The position numbers and the translations under genes are program-made. A DNA stretch of 62,076 nucleotides from positions 1-62,076 of the IMG/VR virus record IMGVR_UViG_3300028399_000007; one strand, given 5' to 3'. Origin of the DNA: a virus (lineage: Duplodnaviria > Caudoviricetes). The first letter of the stretch is position 1; each line of letters starts with the position of its first letter. Shown one piece after another: positions 1-9,290 of the stretch. The notes under the pieces were generated by a model. That model was not told the DNA's origin, made no database searches, and was given only the letters and a program-made list of their open reading frames with translations.

Positions 1-146
1 AAGGCAGACTTCTATGACCTGCTGCCCAGCGAACACAAGTGCGAGGTCTGCACATCGAGACGCGCCGGGGGATACTTTGGTTTTTCAAAGTTTATCAGCC
101 CCGAGGCGTGGGCGCTGTGGCAGACGCTAAACGGCGAGGTATAACC

Positions 147-308
147 ATGCCCCGCCCTAAGCTGCCGCCCGGCGAGCGGAAGATCGCCGTATCATACAAG
201 CTGGCTCCGTGGATTGTACGGTGGCTGCGTGAACAGGACCGCCCGGCCTCCCAGTTAATTGAGGAAGCCGTGGCCAAGTACAACAAGTTGGAGGAGCCGA
301 AAAAATGA
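147..308 (+). CDS. small ribbon-helix-helix-like DNA-binding protein
   Basis: ATG at 147 after GAGGT; MPRPKLPPGERKIAVSYKL..WLR..ASQLIEEAV has an RHH-like pattern. Confidence 0.5.
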   Translation: MPRPKLPPGERKIAVSYKLAPWIVRWLREQDRPASQLIEEAVAKYNKLEEPKK

Positions 309-520
309 GTGCGCTTGAAAAGGGATCAATCGTTGAGGCTGTCAAGGCGGCACACTATCGCGGTGGCGACGGGTCAGCATGGCGTATCTACGCGCCGCAC
401 AGCCTGTCATGGTACGAGTATGCTGAATACGATGCTGCCCGGCGGGATGCGCGGATCATGAACGACGAGCAGGCCCGCGATGTGGCCATGTACCTTTCGA
501 CCGTTGGAGGGGAAGGATGA
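305..520 (+). CDS. hypothetical protein
   Basis: ORF overlapping neighbouring starts/stops (ATGA coupling). Confidence 0.6.
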   Translation: MSALEKGSIVEAVKAAHYRGGDGSAWRIYAPHSLSWYEYAEYDAARRDARIMNDEQARDVAMYLSTVGGEG

Positions 521-951
521 AATTCAGTTGTGGCAAAACAAGGGCGCAGAAACGCGCCGAAAAAATTGAACGTCTGCAAAACTGGCATAAATGGTTCGCA
601 TGGCGTCCGGTACGTGTTGGCAATAATGATTGCCGGTGGCTTGAATTGGTTGAGCGGCGTGGTGAATTAATTTACCAAGGATCTATTTCTGAATCATGGC
701 GCTGGTGCTATTGTCCATTGCGTAAATTCAGCGTGAAGGTAGAGATATTTGAAGAGCTATATGACGTACCTGAATGGGTCAATTGGATCGCAATGGACGA
801 GGATGGTGAATGGTACGGTTACAAGAATAAGCCTGATAAGAAAGAACACGTGTGGAGTATTCACAACCATAATGATAACGTAGCGTTCTATATTACTACG
901 TCAAAAGGCTCTTCAAATTGGGAAAACAGTTTGTGGAAGGTAAAAATATGA
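517..951 (+). CDS. hypothetical phage protein (C-terminal VPEWVNWIAMDEDGEWYGY domain)
   Basis: Coupled ORF; C-terminal half is paralogous to the partial ORF at 61935. Confidence 0.65.
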   Translation: MKFSCGKTRAQKRAEKIERLQNWHKWFAWRPVRVGNNDCRWLELVERRGELIYQGSISESWRWCYCPLRKFSVKVEIFEELYDVPEWVNWIAMDEDGEWYGYKNKPDKKEHVWSIHNHNDNVAFYITTSKGSSNWENSLWKVKI

Positions 952-1325
952 AAGAGATCACGCTGTCAGTATTGGGTACCGCCTTCGCACTATCACTGAT
1001 TGCAGTGTCCTATATCGCGCCAGTGCAGGCCGCCAATGAGCGCCATTACCAAGAACGCTGGTGCAACGCTAATGGCGGCAAGATGGAAGTCCGTGTGCGT
1101 GGCGGTCGGGTGGATTGCGTCACAGCCCGGTTTGCCGTTGAATTTGATTTTGCCGACGGCTGGAAAGAGTGTATCGCACAGGCCCGGTGGTATGCCCTGA
1201 TGACCGGCAAGCACCCGGCCTGTGCCCTGATCATGGGGCCGGGTGATCAAAAATATCGGGAGATGTTGGATCACTATCTCAGCATGTATGACGTTTATTT
1301 GAAGGTGATTGAGGTGAAAAAATGA
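948..1325 (+). CDS. exported/membrane-anchored protein with PD-(D/E)XK-like motifs
   Basis: Hydrophobic N-terminus ending VQA; RVDC..AVEFDF..AQA..Y pattern. Confidence 0.5.
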   Translation: MKEITLSVLGTAFALSLIAVSYIAPVQAANERHYQERWCNANGGKMEVRVRGGRVDCVTARFAVEFDFADGWKECIAQARWYALMTGKHPACALIMGPGDQKYREMLDHYLSMYDVYLKVIEVKK

Positions 1326-1552
1326 TCACACGTTATTGCGACTGCTGCGGTGATGAAATCACCGATAAGAATGTGATAAATGCTTCTTCACATATAGGGC
1401 GGCTAAGATCGTCTCTGGAAGGGGAAAGAGGTACGTTAGTAATAGAAGTTATGGTAGGTATAGGTTCAACATGGAATGCCGGTGATTTTTGCAAATACTG
1501 CGTTCTTGATGCACTTTACAAGGCAGATAACAGGATAAAGCGTGCTGAATAA
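1322..1552 (+). CDS. Zn-finger hypothetical protein
   Basis: YCDCCG...DFCKYC motifs. Confidence 0.6.
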   Translation: MITRYCDCCGDEITDKNVINASSHIGRLRSSLEGERGTLVIEVMVGIGSTWNAGDFCKYCVLDALYKADNRIKRAE

Positions 1553-1628
1553 ATGAGTCCGTACAAATTTTAAGCGTTGCAATCCCGCAACACACAACCG
1601 CAGGAGATCCCTGCAAGGAGAAAGTAAG

Positions 1629-1826
1629 ATGGAAATGGTTACTGGTGTAATTTTTGCCGTCGCGTTCATGGGCAGCAATCAGTACGTAGGCAGCACTATC
1701 GGGCAGGATTTTCCCGCCTGTGAAAAGGCCCCCTATGTGACGGTGAGCCGTCCGGGTGAAGGCTATGCCTTCGAGGTATCTCAGTGTGAATTGGCCGATC
1801 ACCCTGAATATATCGTCCAGAAGTAA
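1629..1826 (+). CDS. hypothetical protein
   Basis: AAGGAG RBS upstream of ATG. Confidence 0.55.
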   Translation: MEMVTGVIFAVAFMGSNQYVGSTIGQDFPACEKAPYVTVSRPGEGYAFEVSQCELADHPEYIVQK

Positions 1827-1891
1827 GGCCATTATACGGGGAGGGGTAAAACCCTCCCCAATTTTATACCTGCAACAATACTGCGAGGGCT

Positions 1892-2092
1892 GTGTGCATG
1901 CGTGAAAGTTGTTTTTCTATTAATGACCTTGTGCAGTTTGAATTTATCGCAGGTGCATCCAGACCTGTTAAGGCGGTTGGCGAGATCATACGCATCGATC
2001 ACAATAAAAAGTGCGCCAGTATTAGATGTGGCGGGTTTGTTTATTTGATACCGTTTGACAGGATTTTATCTAAGGTAAGCAAAAAGAAATGA
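1892..2092 (+). CDS. hypothetical protein
   Basis: ORF track; GAGGG upstream. Confidence 0.45.
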   Translation: MCMRESCFSINDLVQFEFIAGASRPVKAVGEIIRIDHNKKCASIRCGGFVYLIPFDRILSKVSKKK

Positions 2093-2237
2093 AGTTTTAC
2101 GATGATGATAAACATGGCAAGCGTGTTTTGTGGATTCTCTTTATGCTAAACCTTTTTAACATAGCACTATTATTTCTACTTTATTAGAAGAATTTACAGT
2201 CCTCAGCCACTTTGACATTAACTAACATTGTGTAACT

Positions 2238-2477
2238 ATGATTAGCCTGATCTTATCTTTGTTAGTAGTTACCCTGATTTGGTGGGTCAGTGGTGAATCC
2301 CCTTACATGGCCGGTCTGTTGGCTGTGGTGCCGATCAAGATCCTGATCGCCGGTTACATGGCCACGACGCAAGGTGGCCGGGACGGGCTGCTACAGGCCG
2401 TTGAGGGGATGCTAATTGGACAATTTTTGTGGGGTTTTGCCCTGTTGGCACTGTTCTGGTGGCTGCGCACCCCGTGA
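2238..2477 (+). CDS. small multi-pass membrane protein
   Basis: Three hydrophobic segments. Confidence 0.55.
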   Translation: MISLILSLLVVTLIWWVSGESPYMAGLLAVVPIKILIAGYMATTQGGRDGLLQAVEGMLIGQFLWGFALLALFWWLRTP

Positions 2478-2587
2478 AACCCCGCCGTGCGGCCCTGAAA
2501 CCCTGAAAATCCGGGCCGTGGGCTAAATCTGGGGCGATCCCAGCCCCGATCTCGAAAAAGCCATATCTAGGCATACCTGCCTATATA

Positions 2588-2643
2588 AATCAATAACTTA
2601 GCGCATTTTTGATCGATACAGGCCGTTTTGTAAGTCATTGATT
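2588..2643. promoter_or_regulatory. inverted pair of IHF-type sites
   Basis: AATCAATAACTTA (2588-2600) and TAAGTCATTGATT (2631-2643) fit WATCAAnnnnTTR. Confidence 0.55.
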
Positions 2644-2683
2644 TACAAGGATAAAAAATTCTTGAAAAACGCAAGAAAAAACC

Positions 2684-2711
2684 TTGCAATCTGACGCCGA
2701 GCCGCTATACT
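2684..2711 (+). promoter_or_regulatory. sigma70-type early promoter
   Basis: TTGCAA-N16-TATACT with upstream A tract; near-identical copies at 42624-42651(-) and 44466-44493(-). Confidence 0.7.
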
Positions 2712-2733
2712 TACCTTGAACGCAGACAAAACC

Positions 2734-2755
2734 AACCAAGAGGGCTAGGAAAATG
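2734..2755 (+). repeat. start-associated motif AACCAAGAGGGCTAGGAAAATG (one of ~12 copies)
   Basis: Exact or near-exact motif directly before start codons at many loci. Confidence 0.85.
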
Positions 2756-3016
2756 AAACTGACCAAAAACGAAGTAGAAGCGCTGAAAATTTGCCTCAAC
2801 TATGAAACCCGCGAAGCACAGTTGGAGGATAATTACTCAAACGGCGGAGCACAAGAATTTGCCGTTGAACTGTTTGACGGCAACATGAAAGCTGCTGGAG
2901 GGCTGATCACCAGCCTGCAAGAAAAAGGCATGGGTGTCATGGATGAAGAGGACGATATTTTTTGGCTGAGTGAAGAAGGTGTTAACACCATCTTCGATAT
3001 TTTGGAAGGTAAATAA
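2753..3016 (+). CDS. acidic early hypothetical protein (possible wHTH)
   Basis: Promoter plus start-associated motif. Confidence 0.75.
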   Translation: MKLTKNEVEALKICLNYETREAQLEDNYSNGGAQEFAVELFDGNMKAAGGLITSLQEKGMGVMDEEDDIFWLSEEGVNTIFDILEGK

Positions 3017-3023
3017 TCACCAA

Positions 3024-3039
3024 GCGCCAAGGATGGCGC
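3024..3039 (+). promoter_or_regulatory. CsrA/RsmA-type hairpin
   Basis: GCGCC-AAGGAT-GGCGC stem with ANGGAN hexaloop. Confidence 0.6.
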
Positions 3040-3069
3040 ACAACCAAAACAACCAAGAGGGCTAGGGAA

Positions 3070-3390
3070 GTGAATGAATCAGTACCGTATGAGATCATGA
3101 ACCAGCTTACCATGTCCAACAATGGCATGGGACGCTTAAAAGCAATGGTCGGCGCTAAGAACTTCGTCGTACACAACAACTACAGCGGCATTTCTTTCAA
3201 GTTTGCCAACAAGGGCGCAAGACAGCCCAACTATATCAAGATCACCTTGAACGCCATGGACACCTATGATGTTGAGTTTGGCAGGATCTGGGGTATGGAC
3301 TACAAGGTTATCGAAAAACTGGAAGGCATTTACAACGATCAGTTGAAAGAACTGTTTGAAAAATGCACGGGTCTTTATCTGAGCCTGTAA
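3070..3390 (+). CDS. conserved phage hypothetical protein
   Basis: Start-associated motif; ITLNAMDTYDVEF..IYNDQL..LFE..TGLYLSL is a recurrent phage-protein pattern. Confidence 0.75.
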   Translation: MNESVPYEIMNQLTMSNNGMGRLKAMVGAKNFVVHNNYSGISFKFANKGARQPNYIKITLNAMDTYDVEFGRIWGMDYKVIEKLEGIYNDQLKELFEKCTGLYLSL

Positions 3391-3424
3391 GATCAACTGG
3401 CCCGCCGGTAGTAAACCGGCCTTC

Positions 3425-3455
3425 GCCGATCCCCGTTACAGGGATCGGCTTTTTT
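3425..3455 (+). terminator. intrinsic terminator
   Basis: GCCGATCCC-loop-GGGATCGGC followed by T run, between convergent modules. Confidence 0.75.
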
Positions 3456-3553
3456 AATGAAAGGAAAAGCACAATGCCGGATACAAAATTCTGGATAACC
3501 TATATAACAGTGACAGCGGCCCTGTACGGCGCTATCTTTTATTGGTTATTAGG

Positions 3554-3829
3554 CTAGTCCTTTTTACGGGACTGCGCTTCAATGCGCTGTGTGGCCGTGA
3601 CCAGTCCATTATGGATAACACGGCAACGGTGATAGATCCGCGCCCATTCAACCGCAGTAGCCAGTAGTGTGCCCGCCTTGCCGTCTTCGACAGGCGGCAG
3701 GGTATCGGGGCAACGGATTTGCAGGTTATCAGGGATCGACGGGTACGTTTGCACCACCAGCGGCTTGGTTGAGCAGGCCGACAGCGGCAGGATCGAGACA
3801 AGTACGATCAGCGGTAGGAGTTTCGACAT
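3554..3829 (-). CDS. o-spanin (Rz1-like lipoprotein)
   Basis: Lipobox LSAC, Pro-rich mature part, overlaps 3' end of i-spanin. Confidence 0.85.
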   Translation of the reverse strand: MSKLLPLIVLVSILPLSACSTKPLVVQTYPSIPDNLQIRCPDTLPPVEDGKAGTLLATAVEWARIYHRCRVIHNGLVTATQRIEAQSRKKD

Positions 3830-4064
3830 ATCTAATTACCTCTTTTTCGATGGTCTTGTAAACGATCTGGACTTCGCCCGTGTCCCGTTCAGTGCCGATA
3901 GCAATATCCGTTATACCTTCGCCCAATGCTTCCCGTTCAGCATTAGCGTCCTCAATAGTTTCCATGTTATCGCCTGCTACCCATTGAACATGTGCCGACC
4001 AGCCTAATGTGAAACCAGCCACGAAAATTGTAATGGCGATATAGATCAATGCACTAGTTTTCAT
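3729..4064 (-). CDS. i-spanin (Rz-like)
   Basis: N-terminal TM, periplasmic helix, C-terminal Cys; start placed at MKTSAL. Confidence 0.8.
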   Translation of the reverse strand: MKTSALIYIAITIFVAGFTLGWSAHVQWVAGDNMETIEDANAEREALGEGITDIAIGTERDTGEVQIVYKTIEKEVIRYVETPTADRTCLDPAAVGLLNQAAGGANVPVDP

Positions 4065-4581
4065 GGTGATGCTCCCTGTGATCTCCATGGTGCGGCTTTT
4101 TGGGCGGGGCAGGTGTAACTACAGGGACAACAGGTGCCGGATCGTTGTCCTCGATATATCTAAGCCCAACCCCATAACTCCCTTCGACATAGTTCTCAAA
4201 CAACAAGCCCTTTGCCCATAGTTCCCCCGTAGTTTCATCGCCTGATACTGATCCGACGATGCGCCCCACAATGGAATCAGTATGCGGCTGGTACCCGATC
4301 CCACCAGACACACGCAATCCGTTATTTTCAGACTGCCGCGCCAGATAGTAGAGATTGTCGGTCACATCATACCCGGCACACGTTCCTGAGTTGCAGACTT
4401 CTATGGTCCAGTCATTGAAGCGCAGATCATAGCCGATCATAACTTCCCCCGCTTTTGTCACGGAGCACTGAACCATAAGGACCAGCACCATGCCAGCTAT
4501 AAAAGTCAAACCATACCGGCCTAGTGGCTGGGATATAGTCCACCGAAACGTGATCACGATCTTATCAAGTAGTTTATTCAT
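4054..4581 (-). CDS. exported beta-strand-rich protein with Pro/His-rich tail
   Basis: Hydrophobic segment, alternating Gly/aromatic strands, PAPVVPVVTPAPPKKPHHGDHREHHHEN tail. Confidence 0.6.
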   Translation of the reverse strand: MNKLLDKIVITFRWTISQPLGRYGLTFIAGMVLVLMVQCSVTKAGEVMIGYDLRFNDWTIEVCNSGTCAGYDVTDNLYYLARQSENNGLRVSGGIGYQPHTDSIVGRIVGSVSGDETTGELWAKGLLFENYVEGSYGVGLRYIEDNDPAPVVPVVTPAPPKKPHHGDHREHHHEN

Positions 4582-4774
4582 CTTCATTCCTCTGCCATTT
4601 GTCGTCCACAGTTGAGAAACCAACATAAGAGCCTACTATCGATCCAACAAAGAAATAGAATGGTGCTGTCAACACAGCCGCCATTTGCTCTGACATTGGA
4701 ATCAATGGGTAAATCAACCCAGCCAGCATGGCAAGCCACGCCATACGCCTACGATTCTTCCATCTGTCATTCAT
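4574..4774 (-). CDS. putative holin
   Basis: 66 aa, two TM segments, charged ends, in lysis cassette. Confidence 0.6.
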   Translation of the reverse strand: MNDRWKNRRRMAWLAMLAGLIYPLIPMSEQMAAVLTAPFYFFVGSIVGSYVGFSTVDDKWQRNEDE

Positions 4775-5036
4775 TCAGGGCCTCCAGTTCACGTTGATAG
4801 ATCGCCTGCAAAACACGGTCGCTCTTAGTGTCCTCGTTGTTGGCGATTCTGACCTCGATCTCTTTTAGTCGGTAGGACAAGAACAGGTACTGCTGTTGCT
4901 TCTGAACACTACCCATCTGTTCCCATGTCACATATCGGGTATCCAGCGCCCACAGGGCGACAGCCCCGACCATGACGGCGAGTAACAGGAGGGTGCGGGC
5001 TCCAGAAGCCAGTTCAACAAGCCGTTTCATATCCAT
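4767..5036 (-). CDS. single-TM lysis-cassette protein
   Basis: N-terminal TM; gene context. Confidence 0.6.
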   Translation of the reverse strand: MDMKRLVELASGARTLLLLAVMVGAVALWALDTRYVTWEQMGSVQKQQQYLFLSYRLKEIEVRIANNEDTKSDRVLQAIYQRELEALNE

Positions 5037-5365
5037 ATAGTCAAACCAATTTGGACTAGTGCAACAATCAGCGTCATAATGCTAAACCCTACGCGCATAG
5101 ACATACGGAAGGACTTTATATCACCACGTATTTTTTCGCCTTCAGTAGCCGTCATAAAATCACGTTCCATTTCCCGGCGTATCTCAATCTTGCACCTGTC
5201 TATATGCCCGTGAAATTCCTCTATCTTTTCAAATAAACGTTCAAGTTTATTATCAAGTTTCGTTGTCATGCTTTTATAGCTGTCAACCGCAGTAATCAAC
5301 TGCGCTTCCAAAAATTCAGTCTTGGCCTGCAGGACAGCCATATCACGATCAAGATCACCCGCCAT
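5027..5365 (-). CDS. coiled-coil protein with C-terminal TM (holin/antiholin-like)
   Basis: Heptad region plus C-terminal TM, next to endolysin. Confidence 0.55.
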   Translation of the reverse strand: MAGDLDRDMAVLQAKTEFLEAQLITAVDSYKSMTTKLDNKLERLFEKIEEFHGHIDRCKIEIRREMERDFMTATEGEKIRGDIKSFRMSMRVGFSIMTLIVALVQIGLTIWI

Positions 5366-5921
5366 AACGCCACCCCTTCAATGCGTTTGCAATAGCTTCA
5401 CAGGCTGCTTTTCTATGCTTCCTGATAGCGCCTGAGTTATGTACAAAATCAGGTTCAATGATCACTGCCGGGCATTTTGTTTTTGCCAGAAAATAATCAG
5501 GCTTTTCATCGCCCTCCACGTCACCATGGTAGTCAACGCGCCCCGGCACGTCCATACGATACCATCCTTCCTTTATGCCCCTGTTTGGGAAGTACATCGG
5601 CGCTATGGATCGTTGTATGATCTGTGCCAAGTGCTTACCTTTACTGCTCTTAGGGTAGTACAGCGTTTCACAGCCACGCCCAACAGGTTTACCGTCAATA
5701 ATTGCGCTATTAAAGTGCACCTCTATAGCTGCATCACAGTTATGTGAATTTATAAACGCAACTTTTTCACGCAATAAGCCGGTAGGCACAATCAACGCAT
5801 CCGATCCAAGTTGCATGGCCAATTCATCGACCCATAGTACAGCCTCGTCATGCTCATTAAAGCCATTGTACTGCGCACCTTTTGCTTTGGGGTGGTGACC
5901 TGCTGATAATGCAAATAACAT
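5355..5921 (-). CDS. endolysin, N-acetylmuramoyl-L-alanine amidase (Amidase_3)
   Basis: SAGH..E, EVHFNS, PAVIIE zinc-amidase motifs. Confidence 0.9.
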   Translation of the reverse strand: MLFALSAGHHPKAKGAQYNGFNEHDEAVLWVDELAMQLGSDALIVPTGLLREKVAFINSHNCDAAIEVHFNSAIIDGKPVGRGCETLYYPKSSKGKHLAQIIQRSIAPMYFPNRGIKEGWYRMDVPGRVDYHGDVEGDEKPDYFLAKTKCPAVIIEPDFVHNSGAIRKHRKAACEAIANALKGWRYGG

Positions 5922-5923
5922 GC

Positions 5924-6904
5924 TTACCTCCAAGAAATTCCTACTATATCCACCGGCGGGCCGCCGCGTTTCAGTTTCTGGTTTCCGATCTTGATGTATT
6001 GGCGGATCATGTCGCTGACCTCTAACCCAGCATCGTGCATTTCCAATAATTCAAAATTGCAATCACATACCGGGTCCAGCATGATGACCTTTGCATCTGG
6101 CGGATAGTTGTCCATCTGAAAAGGATGTGGGATCAACGGCATGTCCCTGTGTTTGATTTCCTGCGTGATCTCAAGCTCCACCATTGTTTTCTGCGCGTCA
6201 AGAAATTCTTTTCTCGCCACAGGATCAGCGGCGATTTGGTCGGGCGTCCAGATACCTTGCAACAATCCGGCGGAACCGCCTTTCTCCATGCGCCTCGGGA
6301 TACCATCGCGGACATACTTCGCGGCAACATTAGTAGGCCCGTTATAGTGCCATGGCGCTTCTGGGGCTACATAGGTAGAATGTATTTTTATAGGGCTACC
6401 AGAGACTACGGCAAACATATACAAGCCCACCGTCCCATCGCCGTGATTGTAAGGCGGAGAGGCTTGAATGTATCTTTGCCTAGCATATCCTGAACCAGAC
6501 GAAGGGCTATATAGTATGATACCAGCTTTGGGTGAAGTGCTGAATTGTCTTGCCGCATAATCATAGCCAACGCCAGCATCGTCATAGCCCCAATAAATAT
6601 ACGTCCCAGAATCAGAATAAATTTGAGGATAGAAACCGTAACTACCTCCCGGTAAAGCAAGATCAGCACTTGCACCCACACCTGTAACGCTAACAGTTCC
6701 AGTAGTCGTTTTAAGTTCACCCTGTCCTACCTGCCCAGAACCAATCATAGCTTGGACAATATAATTATCTGCAAGTACGGGTGCGCCCGATGCTTTTTCA
6801 AACATCGCAATAGGATTATCACGCAATAGCGTTATCAATGACGTTGTTACGGGGCTTTCTGAATCAACGTCACTGTCTGGTATAGGTGTGTAAGTAACTG
6901 CCAT
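5924..6904 (-). CDS. tail fibre / tail tip accessory protein
   Basis: Last tail gene; N-terminal IPDSDVDSESPVT..LRDNPIA motif of siphovirus tail proteins. Confidence 0.6.
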   Translation of the reverse strand: MAVTYTPIPDSDVDSESPVTTSLITLLRDNPIAMFEKASGAPVLADNYIVQAMIGSGQVGQGELKTTTGTVSVTGVGASADLALPGGSYGFYPQIYSDSGTYIYWGYDDAGVGYDYAARQFSTSPKAGIILYSPSSGSGYARQRYIQASPPYNHGDGTVGLYMFAVVSGSPIKIHSTYVAPEAPWHYNGPTNVAAKYVRDGIPRRMEKGGSAGLLQGIWTPDQIAADPVARKEFLDAQKTMVELEITQEIKHRDMPLIPHPFQMDNYPPDAKVIMLDPVCDCNFELLEMHDAGLEVSDMIRQYIKIGNQKLKRGGPPVDIVGISWR

Positions 6905-6911
6905 AGTGTCC

Positions 6912-9290
6912 TCAAATTATCTTGTACGCGCCACTGCCATCTGCAAACGAAGCATTGGCTGATGCAATGATATAGCTGTACCGTTCCTTTTCCTCTGTCG
7001 TCGCCGATGAGTAGTCCACCATTGTACTAGGCCCTATAAAGGCGTAGCGTCCACTGAAATTCAGTACCTGTGCCCGGATACGATGTTTCTCCCTGTCAAC
7101 GATCTCAAAAGCCTCAATAGCCTGTACTTGCTGTAACTTGGCCGATCCGGTCACGTCCTGTTCACCTGTCTCAATATTAAATATAGACGATAATTCGATA
7201 TTATCATCCTTGTCATCGACCTCAAAAGTGATGGTTTTAGCGCCGTTCTCATAGTTGCGTATGATCCTGCTACCCAGTGAGATCGCTTGGGCTTGGCTGG
7301 TTAACCAACGTGATCGTATCTCGCGCACACGCTTTACCCCAAACTGATCCTTGCCTTCCTTACCAAGTTCAGTTTGTACGTATATAAACTTGTAATTATC
7401 TGAGCTATCGTCATCGACCAAGTTACGTTTTCCATGGTATATCCATATCTGAGATATGCGCTCACTATCGTTATCATCAATGACCAAGCTATCAAGCAAT
7501 ACGTGCCGATTGCGCACAATGTCGTTAACAGTTTCAGATCGCGTAGCTGGTGCCAGTACGTTTATTTTGATCAACTGGTTTGTATCATCCCACCAAAGAT
7601 CGATCATAAAATGTTCAGTTATCTCTTTTATAATATCAACGACACCTTCCGGCTCATGGATCGTGCCCGACAGGTTTTGCGTAGCCCACCTATCGCGTAC
7701 TAAATCCCATTGGTTCTTATCTATAAACCCACGTGGTATATCCGTATAGTTGATCAAAATATCATATAACGCATCAACAACATTGACACTGCTGTAAACA
7801 ACGCAATCTTGTACCAGTGTGGATATATCATGGTCTATGGCCGTTGTACCACCTACACCACGTGTGCAGTTTTTGAAGATACCGTATGCCGTGGAAGATT
7901 CAGCACTGACATAATCAACAAGCTCATCCTCAATGCGTATCCTGCCAGCCGACCCATAGACACCAAAAATTGACGATGTATTGACGTACAATGTGGAAGC
8001 ATTGGCGCTTACCGCCGCATATAAAACACCATCACTAGGTAACGGGATCCGCGCACGATCCTTGTCCGCCAAGTTCAAAATATCCTTGCCCATAACCGTT
8101 ACTCTGCCACGGCTATCAGGCCCTTTTATTTTGTCTATCGTGTAGTGGCGATTATGGAAGTCATACAATGAGAATCCTTGATCTGGATCGATGTACCCGG
8201 TACGCACACGCATGATCCGGCCAACATAGTAAGGGTTACGTGCCAATAATTTACCAAAAAATGTACCTTGGCTTGTGTCATAAGTGCGCGTCGATGCGTA
8301 AGGATCGATGCCACGATCATGGTGTACAAAATCACTTAATTGGATACTGAACGCACCGCGCTCCGATAATCCTTTACCCGGTTTGATCCGCGTAGGCGTG
8401 AAACTTGGCAAACCTTGTATAGCGGGAAACATCTCGAACCCGCCCGGTACATTGGATTGATTTGAACAAAAGCGATATATCTTGGGTACACCGCGTTCAA
8501 CGGTCGTATCAACTGCGGTTGCATGGTTGGCATTGCCTGAATAATCATCATAGACCATTGACGATACACGGTGAAAAGTCCAGTTACCGATCAATGTTGA
8601 CGTTATTGCACTGCCTATAAATTTTTGGTGATAAAGCGTATTGACTTCTGTTGTAGTCAATGCAGTGGCATAAATTTTTACACCGTCTATCAGGCCGTTC
8701 ATCGTATTAGCCGATGCCTGCGCACTGATTTCAAGTCTGCCATTTTTAGAAAATTGCCTGCCTGCAAAAGTACGCGATCCGCCGTGCTTGCCGTTTACAA
8801 AACAACGCATGGTAGATCCGTCATAGACGCCTACTACATGGTGCCAGTGGTATTTGATCAAATGATCACCGGGATGCGCAGATGCGGTTACTGCTGATGC
8901 AACGCCTGCGCTGACAATAGCAAATTTTGCGTGACTGCTTGAATCACAATAGAGCAGAAACCCATTACCTGATTCATTGTAGGCCACGACATAGTTACTG
9001 TCCTTGTGCTGGTTGATATTAACCCAAGCCTCGACAGTCACAACACCGGACACGATAGCCGACATAGACGAAACGTAGGCATAGCTCGATGATCCGTTAC
9101 AGCCTATAGCAAATATATTGTAGTTGGCCGTATCTTGACAGGTGTTGCGCGTATTGTAGCACTCACTGCCTGCTGCCAGTGATGCGTTGCACGGTATTTT
9201 TCCATAAACATTACTGCAACGATCAAGCGCCATTTCAAAAATGGTAAACGGCTGCCTGCCTATTTTTTTATTAAGTACATCGTGCGCCAT
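6912..9290 (-). CDS. tail tip/hub protein with inserted LamG (concanavalin A-like) domain
   Basis: TVEAWV..WHHVVGVYDG..FVNG..GLIDGVKIY LamG signature; position after TMP. Confidence 0.75.
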   Translation of the reverse strand: MAHDVLNKKIGRQPFTIFEMALDRCSNVYGKIPCNASLAAGSECYNTRNTCQDTANYNIFAIGCNGSSSYAYVSSMSAIVSGVVTVEAWVNINQHKDSNYVVAYNESGNGFLLYCDSSSHAKFAIVSAGVASAVTASAHPGDHLIKYHWHHVVGVYDGSTMRCFVNGKHGGSRTFAGRQFSKNGRLEISAQASANTMNGLIDGVKIYATALTTTEVNTLYHQKFIGSAITSTLIGNWTFHRVSSMVYDDYSGNANHATAVDTTVERGVPKIYRFCSNQSNVPGGFEMFPAIQGLPSFTPTRIKPGKGLSERGAFSIQLSDFVHHDRGIDPYASTRTYDTSQGTFFGKLLARNPYYVGRIMRVRTGYIDPDQGFSLYDFHNRHYTIDKIKGPDSRGRVTVMGKDILNLADKDRARIPLPSDGVLYAAVSANASTLYVNTSSIFGVYGSAGRIRIEDELVDYVSAESSTAYGIFKNCTRGVGGTTAIDHDISTLVQDCVVYSSVNVVDALYDILINYTDIPRGFIDKNQWDLVRDRWATQNLSGTIHEPEGVVDIIKEITEHFMIDLWWDDTNQLIKINVLAPATRSETVNDIVRNRHVLLDSLVIDDNDSERISQIWIYHGKRNLVDDDSSDNYKFIYVQTELGKEGKDQFGVKRVREIRSRWLTSQAQAISLGSRIIRNYENGAKTITFEVDDKDDNIELSSIFNIETGEQDVTGSAKLQQVQAIEAFEIVDREKHRIRAQVLNFSGRYAFIGPSTMVDYSSATTEEKERYSYIIASANASFADGSGAYKII

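Noticed and set aside
5924-9290. Diversity-generating retroelement at tail genes
   Set aside because: No reverse transcriptase or template repeat seen
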